64,000 nucleotides of DNA, from NCBI GenBank assembly GCA_951406725.2, contig OX597822.1, forward strand, positions 42,656,001 to 42,720,000, given 5' to 3'. The notes under the pieces are model-generated. The model ran no database searches, was not told the DNA's origin, and saw only the letters and a list, made by a program, of their open reading frames with translations. This DNA is from Octopus vulgaris (Eukaryota). Shown here piece after piece: positions 1 to 10,740 of the stretch (within the stretch, counting starts at the first letter, position 1; every line of letters starts with the position of its first letter). The position numbers and the translations under genes were made by a program.

Positions 1-1208
1 AAACAAACACACTATGAATGCAGATGTGTGCATGTGTGTACATAGATGCATGTTTGCAAGTGTATATATACACATGCGTATATATGAAGTACGATATATA
101 TGCAGTATGTTAGTGTAAACATGCTAGTAAGTGTGTATATCAGCACAAATATATTACACACACACACATTCATACACAAAATTTAAACCAAAACAAACAT
201 TATGTTAATAATTAGCATGCTTCTAAATTTATGTGTGTATTTCAAAGTACGTTTATATATACGTCTGCAGATGTATATATGTGTATGTATATTTGTTTCC
301 TTGTTTTACTTGAGTTTTTCTATGCTATAATGAGTTGGATAAATACTTATTGAAGATTTACTTTTTAGCCAGATGCCTTTCCTGTTGTTAACCCTTATTT
401 GTTTTTCAGATAAAGTATTTTTTTTTCTATTGCATTAGTCTTCAAAAGTACAAATCTAGAGCATGACTTGTTAAAGTATGTCAACATGACATAACATCAC
501 TTTGCTGAAATAGTTTCACAGAAACATTCATATACACATATGATAGTCTTCCATACAATTTCTGCCTACCAATTCCATTTGCAAGACATTGGCAGCGAGA
601 GACTCAAGATACCACACTGAGAACTCAAAATCATGTTATGAAGTGCACGCCACGTTTACACAGCCATGTCTGTACCAATACATGCATATACACACAATGG
701 GCAATTTTCAGTTTCTGTCTACCAAATCCACATACAAGACTTTGATCAGCCCAGGGTTATGGTAGAAGACATTGCTCAAGGTGTCATGTAGTAGAACTGA
801 ACCTGAAACAATTATGGCTGGGAAGCAAATTTCTTAACCACGCAGCCATACTTGCATCTACATGCATACATCTTAAGTTATGTTTTACTTTTCAATACTG
901 ACTGATCCCATTGCTCTCAAAAATGAGAAGGTCAGAGGGTCTTTAGAAATAGTCAGTTAGGTCTTTAACAAAAAAACAAGGGATGCCCCATAATTCAGGA
1001 ACCTCTGCATGGTCACTCATGTCCACAATAGGACATTTCTTGCTGAAGCAAACAAGGGAGCCTCCATGCATCACTCACCAACCATATACTATACCATCAT
1101 AGGGTCCTGCCAATCACACACACACAGTACCATTGTAGATTTCCTCAATCAAGAATCATTTGGGGGTAAGACAAAAACAATGAACCAACCAAAAGAGGAT
1201 CTGCTCAC

Positions 1209-1287
1209 CATACTCAATTAAGGTCTGTGCCCGAGTAAATCTGCCATGAAGGGCAGTCATATGAAGAGGGGTACGGCCATCTTGGCA
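1209..1287 (-). CDS. ANKRD28: ANKRD28/44/52-family coding exon; gene continues beyond window start
   Basis: ccatttcag|TGC...TAT G|gtgagc; 79 nt, phase 0/1; CQDGRTPLHMTALHGRFTRAQTLIEY(G) matches the family DG.TPLHMTALHGRF motif. Confidence 0.95.
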
Positions 1288-1574
1288 CTGAAATGGAGAA
1301 AGGCAACAAGCGAAAAAAAAAAAAAAGAAAAAAGAAACCATTAATGTGTGAAGAAAAAGGCATGTGAAGGTCAGTGGCACAAGAGAGGGAGAGAGAGAAA
1401 GAAAATAAGAGAAAACAGAAAATGGGCATAAAAACATTATTATGAATATCAACAACAGTAATATGAAAAATTTAATTATAAAGAGCAGGGATAAAATTAT
1501 CTCAGCATTGTAACTAGATAGCTGAATATAGTGGTGGTTACTGTGAAAGTGGATACAGAAGGGGTTATTTCAGG

Positions 1575-2230
1575 GAAGTACTGCCCGTAGGGTCTATTTT
1601 GGTGAAAGTACAAACAGGAGCTGTTTTGGTAATGATACTGCTTGTAGGAACTATTTTGATGTGCCTGTAGGAGCTGTTTTGTTGAGAATACAAACTGCAG
1701 GGTCTGTTTGGGCTACAGTACTGCTTGCAGAGGCCGTTTGGGCAACAGTACTGCCTGCAGGGGCTGTTTGGGTGACAGTACTGCCTGCAGGGTCTGTTTG
1801 GGTGACAGTACTGCTTGCAGAGGCCGTTTGGCAACAGTACTGCCTGCAGGGGCTGTTTGGGTGACAGTACTGCCTGCAGGGTCTGTTTGGGCGACAGTAC
1901 TGCCTGCAGGGTCTGTTTGGGCGACAGTACTGCCTGCAGGGTCTGTTTGGGTGACAGTACTGCCTGCAGGGTCCGTTTCGGCGACAGTACAGCCTGCAGG
2001 GGCCGTTTGGGTGACAGTATTGCCTCCAAGGAGCTGTTTGGGCAACAGTACTGCCGGCAAGGGGTGGTTTGGGCAACAGTACAATAGTGCTGCTAGTAAG
2101 AACTATTTCAGTCAATAGCTCTACCTATAGGGGTTGTTTTGGCAACATTATTGCTTGTAGATGCTGATGCGGTGACTTTATTTGTAGGAGTGTTTGGTGA
2201 TGGCATCAATTAGAATATGTTCTGGTGACT
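1575..2230. repeat. 30-bp GC-rich minisatellite (unit ~ctgcaggggctgtttgggtgacagtactgc)
   Basis: About 12 well-conserved units in the core (1695-2060) with degenerate flanks; accounts for the overlapping repetitive ORFs at 1565-2118. Confidence 0.9.
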
Positions 2231-2632
2231 GTAGGGAATATGCAGGCCTGCATTAAACAACGAAGTTAAATAAACACTCCAGAAGAAGGGTCAGTGCACT
2301 CCAAGGATCATGCAGATCAGTAAGTTATTGAAAGGCACTTAATGCAAAAATGAAGGTGATTAAAATCACCTAGGTTATTGAATTGGCCAAATTTCAAGAA
2401 AACAAAAGCAAGCACAAGTCAGTAGTTAACATTAGAACATGCTAGGCAGGCAGAGCTGATGACTGGTTGAAGTCCCAAGATCTCCTGTACCTTCACGTTA
2501 ATACAGAACAAGATAGTAACCCCATAAATTCCTTCCATCCTACAAGCAAAATATAATTTATCCTTCCTGATTGATTATTACATATATATATATGTATGAT
2601 CAAAGTGTATGAACACCACAATATGTTTATAA

Positions 2633-2812
2633 AAAGGAATACAAAAAATGGGACAAGAACGCAAAACATCCAGACAGAGGATGCAAAAAGGGACGAGAAA
2701 AAACATGGACGGGTCATTCGAAACTTCAAATGACCTGTCTGTGTTTTTTCTTGTCCCTTTTTTGTATCCTCTGTCTGGATGTTTTGCATTGTTGTCCCAT
2801 TTTTTTGTATTC

Positions 2813-2816
<4 letters not shown>
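2633..2816. mobile_element. Fold-back (~90-bp inverted arms) Penelope-like element terminus abutting (TA)n
   Basis: 2633-2722 is the imperfect reverse complement of 2725-2816; the right arm resembles the 3' end of the 6355-7418 element. Confidence 0.6.
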
Positions 2817-2869
<53 letters not shown>

Positions 2870-3654
2870 CATACATACATACATACACATATCATGTAGT
2901 GTGCATGTGTGTGTGTGTATGTGTACATGTGTTTTAGGGAGTTACATTGACTTTTACCATCTAAATTACGTACAAATTAAATTATCTGTTCAATTGATTG
3001 GTAAATGTATGAATGTTACAACTTCACATTTCTACTACTCATAAGACACACAAACCAAAGACATCTCTCCCTAGAATCTCACACATTTCATCAGGCCATC
3101 CAATTTTCCCAAAGCCACACCCTTTTTCTCTCTAAATCCCACACCAAACACCACAAGCTGCCAGCCCTCTCTTCTAGAGATAATTACCACCACCAATGAG
3201 CTAACAAGGGACTCTGTACAGGATTGCTCAGCTTGCTAGAAGTAGCAAGCAAATCACCATCACACATCCTAGATCCTAACTCCCTCACCCACCAAAAAGA
3301 ACACTATGATGAAATCAGACAACCTTATAAAACAGGTTGGTCATAGTTGAACTGCCTCTGACCATAGTTCTGTGTATGGAGAGTTGACTTGGGGTCTAAA
3401 TAACAAGCTAAATACAAGACCAAGGGAGCTTTTTGGCAACAATGATGAATCTCCTGGAAACTGTTCAGAAACCTGCAACCAAATGAATACCCGCTTTCTG
3501 GTATCTGCCATACCCTGAATGTCTTGTGTTTTGGAGCATGGACACATTAAAGCTCCAATGTCTGGCAACTGAGTCGGTGGACATTCACAAGTTTGCCCAC
3601 TATTTTACCAACAACATCCTTGGGGAGCTTTTTGAATTCTATAATGTCTAACAC

Positions 3655-3975
3655 TCATGGACATGCTTAGAAATTCAATAAACACAACACAGCACCCATG
3701 AATTCCAGAAACATTTTTTCATGCTCAGAGTTGCTGAAGCATGGAATAAATTACCTGCATCAGTTGTTAGCTGCTTTCAGGACACTACATCTTCCAAGAC
3801 TTCCTGGTTTCCTGAAATTCACCAACAGCACATCTGATGTCCTCCCACCCTTTTTTTTTGTAAGCAACTCATTCACTGTTCACTTCCTGTGCACTATTCT
3901 ATGTACTGTTCCTGCAGTTTTGGATACTTTTCCAGATGAGCTGCAGTGCACCTGGGCAGTATGCAATGAGTGCAT
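3655..3975 (+). mobile_element. CR1-group LINE 3' fragment
   Basis: Aligns by eye to 18358-18690 (ctcccatga...aaacattttttcacgc..agagttgctgaagcatggaa..aaactgccggcatcagttgttag). Confidence 0.65.
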
Positions 3976-3988
3976 TATATATATATTA

Positions 3989-4370
3989 GGTGCAGGAATG
4001 GCTGTGTGGTAAGAAGCTTGCTTCCCAACCACATGGTTCCAGGTTCAGTCCAACTGCGTGGCACCTTGAGCAAGTGTCTTCTCTTCTACTATAGCTGACC
4101 AAAGACTTGTGAGTGGATTTCGTAGATGGAAACTGAAAGAAGCCCATCATATATGTGTGTGTGTGTGTGTGTGTGTGTATTTCTGTGTCTGTGTTTGTCC
4201 TCCTGCCATTGCTTTATAACCAATATTAGTGTGTTTATGTCCCAGTAATTTAGTTCGTCAAAAGAAACCGATAGAAAAAGTACTAGGCTTACAAAGAATA
4301 AGTCCTGGAGATCGATTTGTTCAACTAAAGGTGGTGCCCCAGCATGGCCGCAGTCAAATGACTAAAAGAA
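3989..4370 (+). mobile_element. tRNA-derived SINE, family A (representative copy)
   Basis: A box TGGCTGTGTGG, B box GGTTCAGTCC, conserved body (gcaccttgggcaagtgtcttctactatagc...ggaaactgaaagaagccc), internal TA/TG tract, tail ..cagcatggccgcagtcaaatgac. Other copies: ~7915-8240(+), 9478-9847(-), 15030-15400(-), 29285-29646(-), 30305-30724(-), 45631-45960(-), 54300-54652(-), 55886-56215(-), 61898-62170(+), plus many fragments. Confidence 0.85.
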
Positions 4371-5142
4371 TATCCCCATATTTAGAGGCAGCCGATTTGC
4401 CAGTACAGAGAGGTGAAAGTGTAAAAGAAAAAAAAAAGCTATGGTTATCACACACACACACAAATTTTTTTGAAGGATGAATCAAAGCTGAAAGCCTTCT
4501 TCATGCAAGCTTTCTATGGACATGCATACACACTGACACACAATAACCTCCATTTGAAAAGACACACACACACACACATCATGCGTTGTATATTGGTGGG
4601 TATCTTTATATGGGTTACCTAGATGTGTGTGCAAATGTATTTTCTTACTGTTTGTAATGTGCGTATTATATATATATATATATGCACAAGTGTCTGGATG
4701 TATTTATGAGTTTATGTATGTAGGTATGTGCATCTTAAATGTGTGCATGCACACACACATATATATAGATATATATATGCATATGAGAATGAGTGTGTGT
4801 GTGTGTGTGTGAATTTATTGACCTGCAGGAGGAGGAAATAAGGAATACAAATAAAACTGAACAAAACACACACAGTGCACACTAACAAGTTGAACACCTA
4901 CGCGTGCATTTCTTCGCACTTGTCATTCGCCGTTTATGTCTCTCCTGTAGAGAGAGAGGGTGGAAGAAAAAAATATATATAGAAACAGATAGATAGATAA
5001 ATAGATAGATAGATAGATAGTCAGACAGATAGGTAGACAGATAGATACAGAGGCAGACAGATACAAATAGAGAATATATATATATATATATTCTCTATTT
5101 GTATTTGTATATATATATATATATATATTCTCTATTTTTCTT

Positions 5143-5178
<36 letters not shown>

Positions 5179-5184
<6 letters not shown>

Positions 5185-5999
5185 GCGATGGGTAAATTGT
5201 TGCCATTTTATATTTCTAATTTCATGCATGTACATTGTTTTTGATTTTGTCGACTACACAGTATAGTAAGGTTAGTTGGGGACCGTTTGTGAGAAAAACA
5301 ACACCATGACCCAATTCTCTCTGCCAGAAATTTGGAAATGATATGCAATACTACTTGCCAGATGCTTCAATATGGACATTTCAGAGTGTTCGGGTGTCAA
5401 TCTGAGGACATGTACTAAGAATAATCAAAATTAAACATCCAAACAACATCATTGTTTGGAGTGACCACTAGTGATGGCGATGTTATGCCTCCATTCATCT
5501 TTCCACGCTACCTCAGACTCAACACAGAGGCCTACATCAAGTGCCTGGAGGAAGCAGTGCTGCTCTTAGTCAAGAGGATGGCTGCTGGAACACCCTATGT
5601 CAAGCAACAGGACTCTGCACCATGCCACAGAAGCAAAAGAACCCAGCCATAGCTGTCTGACAATTTCTGTGACCACATAATCCTTAACATCAGGTCACCT
5701 AGTAACCCAGACTGCAACCCCCTCGATTATTATGTGCGGCGCACAGTTGAGTAAGAGACCAACAAAACTCCTTGTAACACCAAAAACGAACTGAAAGCAA
5801 GGATTATGGCAGCATTCATCAACTTAAACAAGGAGACTATCTAGAAGAGTTGCAGGAGATTCTGAAGTCATCTGGAGGCCATGGTTGAAGCCATGTAGCA
5901 ATTTTACTTACTTGGCAAATACAATATATCTTAAAATGAGATCCCTGTGTTATTTTCATTTTTGCGCAATTTAGACAACAGTTTATTCACCACACCCTG
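5179..5999 (+). mobile_element. Internally deleted, pseudogenised Tc1/mariner-superfamily transposon, DD37D (maT) type
   Basis: Imperfect TIRs (tagggtgcgatgggtaaattgttg / caacagtttattcaccacaccctg) with TA flanks. 5452-5890 translates ..GDVMPPFIFP..QQDSAPCH..NPDCNPLDYYV.. with 37 residues between the last two catalytic Asp; in-frame stops. Confidence 0.85.
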
Positions 6000-6008
6000 T
6001 ATACAGAC

Positions 6009-6054
<46 letters not shown>

Positions 6055-6424
6055 ATGATAGATAGATGAATATACATAGATATAGACAGAGGCATTTGTT
6101 GTGAGTGTGCACACATTTCATCTTACATATATTTTCCATGCTTGCATGGGTCAGAGGAATGTTATTGAGTCAGGCTTTATAGCTGGATGCTCTGTTGTTA
6201 ACCCCGCTAGTCAAGTAAATAATCTCAAATCCTACATAGATTGGATCTGGCAGCAGAACTGACTAGAACAACAGTGCTCACACATCGTGACTTTTATAAA
6301 AGTGATTGGAAATGTAAACACACATTATGTGTGTGTGTATATATATATATATATAAATCTACGCTTCCAGCTTAGTTTTTCTAATGCTCGTTGCTTGGTT
6401 TTTCTTGGAGGGCTGGCCGTGATC

Positions 6425-6487
6425 TAGTAATCTCAAGATTAATCAGCCGAAATTACTACGATGATCCGGTTCTTGACTGAAGACTGA
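6425..6487 (+). ncRNA. Candidate hammerhead ribozyme, non-circularly permuted (copy 1)
   Basis: Stem III TAGTAAT(6425-31)/ATTACTA(6452-58), with GAAA at 6449-52. C17 at 6432. Stem I TCAAGA(6433-38)/TCTTGA(6471-76), directly followed by CTGAAGA (6477-83). Stem II CTGA(6484-87)/TCAG(6443-46) is offset by 2 nt. Confidence 0.55.
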
Positions 6488-7268
6488 GGGTTTCGAATGT
6501 CCTGTCCGTGTTTATTGTGTCGTCTTCTAAGAGTTATACGTTCTTGTCCATGTTGTATTTTTCTACATACCTTAACATATATTCCAGGCGCCCCGTACCC
6601 CCCTTAACATTTATGTGAGCACATATTCTTAATAATTGGTACGACTCTCTGTTTGTCTCTCTCTCTCTCTCATTTTTACTTGATCTGTCCCCCTCTCTCT
6701 CTTTTCTCTCTACTCATCCTCTTTTTCTCTTCTCTTTCCTCTGATTCTTTGGTCTAGTCTTCCACTACCCTCCTATTTCTTTGTCTCGCTCTGCACTCAC
6801 AGGTCATTCTTCGACACCCATCCCTTCTCCTCTCTGATTCCTTCTTTCTCTCTCTTCTCTCTCTTTGTTGCGTTTGTCCCTCCTCTCTCTCTCTCTTCCT
6901 TTGCTTCTCTTTCTTTTCTTTTCCCTCTTCTCTGTCACGTGACTGTTGGCCGAAATCTGCCTTTCAGCCTCTGACTCTCGTTCTGTTAACATCGCTGTTT
7001 TCGTCCGCCACTATAAAGGCTTTTCCCATTGCGCCAGAGAAAAAATTTGTTTGCTTGTTATCAGTCGTAAGACACTGTTGTTTTCACCGTTAATGCTTCT
7101 GTATTTCATGTTTCTGTATTCCATTATTGTTTTTTGTTTTTTTATATCTGTCCCTTTTGCTGTCCTGGTGTTCGTATGCATTCGATCCTTCTTCCAGGAA
7201 ATCTACGCTTCCAGCTTAGTTTTTCTAATGCTCGTTGCTTGGTTTTTCTTGGAGGGCTGGCCGTGATC

Positions 7269-7331
7269 TAGTAATCTCAAGATTAATCAGCCGAAATTAC
7301 TACGATGATCCGGTTCTTGACTGAAGACTGA
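7269..7331 (+). ncRNA. Candidate hammerhead ribozyme, non-circularly permuted (copy 2)
   Basis: Identical to 6425-6487; predicted cleavage 3' of C7276. Confidence 0.55.
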
Positions 7332-7410
7332 GGGTTTCGAATGTCCTGTCCGTGTTTATTGTGTCGTCTTCTAAGAGTTATACGTTCTTGTCCATGTTGT
7401 ATTTTTCTAC

Positions 7411-7443
<33 letters not shown>

Positions 7444-7611
7444 GCGAATATAAACAAGAAGGGTAGTAATATTATTTACTACCAGGTGCCCAGCACAAAA
7501 GACGAATTAGTCATAAGACAAAAATATTATTCATATAGAAAAATATTATTCATGTAGTTATACAATTAAGGGCTCCTAAATAAAGATGCCGAGTGCTGGG
7601 AACACAAAGAG

Positions 7612-7651
<40 letters not shown>

Positions 7652-7799
7652 GTATGTGACATTGGTCTTCTTTCAGTTCCTGCTTTCCAAATTGACACAG
7701 AAGGCATTGGTCAGAAGTCGTTGTCCATGGTGACACACAATGGGATTAAATATCTGAAACCCATGTGGTTGGAAAGTGGACAAAACAGTCATATATGCA

Positions 7800-7864
<65 letters not shown>

Positions 7865-8347
7865 ACACACAAAGTGTTATTGATGACATAAAAGACACAC
7901 TGATATATTAGAGGCACTGGATTCAGTCCCACTCTGTGGCACCTTGGGCAGGTGTCTTCGATAGCCTCAGGCCAACTGAGGCCTTGTGAGGGGATTTGCT
8001 ATATGGAAACTGAAAGAAGCCTGTTGTATACATATATACATATCTGTGTGTGTGTCATTGTGTTTGTGCCCCACCTGTACTTGACAACTGGATTTGGTGC
8101 GTATACATCCCCATAACTTAGCAGTTTGGCAAAGGACACCGATAGAATAAGTACAAGATTTAAAAACAAAATATAAGTACTGAGGGAGTTGATGCAATTG
8201 ACTAATAATTCAAGGCAGTGCTCCAGCATTGCCAGTCTAATGAAGAAAATGTTGAGAGCTACTTCCAAGTTTTAATTATGGACTGTCCCTCAGACAGTCC
8301 ATAATGCTGAAATTTTGAATGAAATGCCAACCTTTTGCCTTGTGAAA

Positions 8348-8573
8348 TACTATAATCCTTCAGCATATTGTGGTTCACCTATCGCAGTTTATTTTTTAAA
8401 CTTACATCGATTTCTCTGTGGTGTTGTTTTGTATTTATAATAAAATAAATATACACAAATTATAAAAATAATTTTTAAAATATACAGTACAGTACTGTTT
8501 CTACTTTGCAGATTTTCACCTGTTGCGGGGGATTTTGAAAAGTAACACCCGTGATAATTGACGGATTACTGTA
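8348..8573. mobile_element. Degraded pogo/Tigger-like MITE
   Basis: Termini tactataatcc.../...ggattactgta (CAGTA-type TIR, TA flanks); subterminal gcagattttcacc..gcggggg motif. Confidence 0.45.
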
Positions 8574-10306
8574 TAATAATATAAATATGGTACTCAAAGG
8601 CATTGAGTGATCCTTCAGTTTACTAGGGTTTGTCGTTATACATAAACACAAACATTAACACATGTCTATATCTATATATATACATGAGAGAGAGAGATGA
8701 AAGAAAGAGTCGAAAGGAGAAACATGAAATAGACACAGAAGTGAGGAAGACTAACAGACATTTTACAGGGGGACTGCATCCAAGGAGTGACTAGTTGCAC
8801 ATCTAAACAGCTAACTCAATTATGGTTGCGACTACATTGAAAGCAGACATGGGGAGTGCACTGAAGAGAAGAGTGTACAACAAGAGACATGGATGAATAT
8901 ATGAATGGAGGAACGGCTGTACAAACAAGTTTATGAATGATTCCAGTGATGTCTGAAGGAAAGATACAGGATGTTTGTTCAAAAGAAGACACTGAATTAG
9001 TGGGAAACACTAATTAAATTTAATCCTTGATCCCCTTCCAAACTAGCCCATTCAACTCTATTACATAATTTGTTTTTAAGTATATATATATATATATATA
9101 TCTTTTTTTTATATACACTCATACCTCAGTACCACGGACCTCCCTTTAACGGATTTCGGAAGCAGCAAACAAAATCATGGCATATCAACAACACCTCTTC
9201 ACCATCCATGGTAAGTCTGATTTTAAATTAAAAATGTTGAACTTCCTGTATTATAAGTGTATATTTATAGTATACAGGTATTTTACATTGTCAGATTGCA
9301 TAGAGTGCTTGATTAAAAGTACAGTACTCTATTTATTCCTCTGTCCTTCGTAATGTAATTGTTGATATTAGCCACTTGTAGCATAACCTAACCTTAGTGT
9401 CGGTACCTGTGGACAATTGGTTTCATTGAACTGATGTTCCCCGTCTTTAGTCTGTAGTACCGAAGAAGGAGTGTATTTTACTTGTTTCAATCATTAGACT
9501 GCAGCCATGCTGGAGCATCACCTCGAAGGGTTTTAGTTGAACAAATCAACTCCAGGACTTACTTTTTTAGACCTGGTATTTATTCTATTGATCTCATTTC
9601 CTGAATTGCTAAGTTACAGGGATGTAACACTGGCTGTCAAGCAGTGGTGAGAGACAAACACTAACATAGATATATACATATACATAAAGGATGGGCTTCT
9701 TTCAGTTTCCATCTACCAAATCCACTCACAAGGATTTGGTCAGCCTGAGGTTATAGTAGAAGACACTTGCCTAAGATGCCATGGAATGGGACTGAGCCCT
9801 GAACTATGTGGTTGGGAAGCAAGCTTCTTACCACACAGCCATGCCTGTATAAGGTACATTTATTCCAATCTTTTCAGCATGTCAAAGAGCTGAGTGGGTT
9901 GGGGGAGGTAGTATTGTTTACAGGGGACATAAATGTCACCACTGGTCAAGTGGTGCCAATATAAAAACACACAGACAAACACACACACGTGTGTATGCAT
10001 TTACAATGGGCTTCCATACAATCTCCATCGACCAAATTTCACGTACAAAGCACTCGTGAAGCTAAAGCAATGGTAGAAGACACTTGCCCAAGGTGCTATG
10101 CAGAACGATTGAACTTAAAACCATGTGGTTGCAAAGTGAACTTTTAACCACACACAAATACAAAGATTTTGTAACCCATATTCTAGTAACGCTATGAAAA
10201 CTCATCTCACAGAAAACAGTAAGACGGTAACCCCTCAAACAGTGTAATGTATTAGGGTTGGTAGTAGTGGTGCTGGGAGGGGGTGGGATGAAGGTAAGGT
10301 TTATTT

Positions 10307-10514
10307 CAATGTTTCTCAACCATTCTTTACCTAGGGACCCTTTTGATTTTTCTAGGCATCATAAATATTCAACGTTTAAAAAAAAATCTTATTATATATT
10401 TAAAATATTATTAGAAATTATATAAAAAAAATTATCAAAATATTTTGTGTATAGCAGTAATATAAACAATTTATTGTAAGAAAATTTTATATGGACCCCG
10501 GTCAAAGACCACTG
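10307..10514. mobile_element. hAT (Buster-type) MITE
   Basis: TIRs caatgtttctcaacc / ggtcaaagaccactg; perfect 8-bp TSD GTTTATTT (nnnTAnnn) on both sides. Related copies at ~23815-24054, 33637-34309 and ~61390-61588. Confidence 0.8.
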
Positions 10515-10653
10515 GTTTATTTCATAAAACTGATGACCCAGACAACAGCTTCAGCCCTGCTTAAATATCATAAAATGGGATCAGTTAGGGAATGGAATAT
10601 GGTAAACAGAACAAGATGGTAAATAAATAGTAAGTAAATAGTCCTTAATTTAC

Positions 10654-10740
10654 CTGGACTTTGGGATCAGAACCTGCCTTAATGAGGAGTTCAAGACACA
10701 TACCACCATGGGTTGATGCAGCAGCATAGTGTAAAGGAGT
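10654..10740 (-). CDS. ANKRD28: ANKRD28/44/52-family coding exon (not in ORF track)
   Basis: tcttgcag|ACT...CAG|gtaaat; 87 nt, phase 0/0; TPLHYAAASTHGGMCLELLIKAGSDPKVQ matches the family TPLH.AAASTHG..CLELL motif. Confidence 0.95.

Larger units (their letters stand above)
6355..7418 (+). mobile_element. Non-autonomous Penelope-like/retrozyme-like element with identical 220-bp direct terminal repeats, inserted in (TA)n
   Basis: 6355-6574 is identical to 7199-7418 (offset 844); pyrimidine-rich non-coding interior; (TA)n on both sides; no TG..CA LTR termini. Confidence 0.7.

Noticed and set aside
3989-4065. tRNA-like sequences with A and B boxes (many copies)
   Set aside because: These are SINE heads continuing into SINE bodies; no complete cloverleaf was seen.
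9100-9476. TA-adjacent unique segment with ATG...|gtaagt on the + strand
   Set aside because: Could be a Penelope-like terminus or an antisense exon, but no second copy, ORF or intact ribozyme core is visible.
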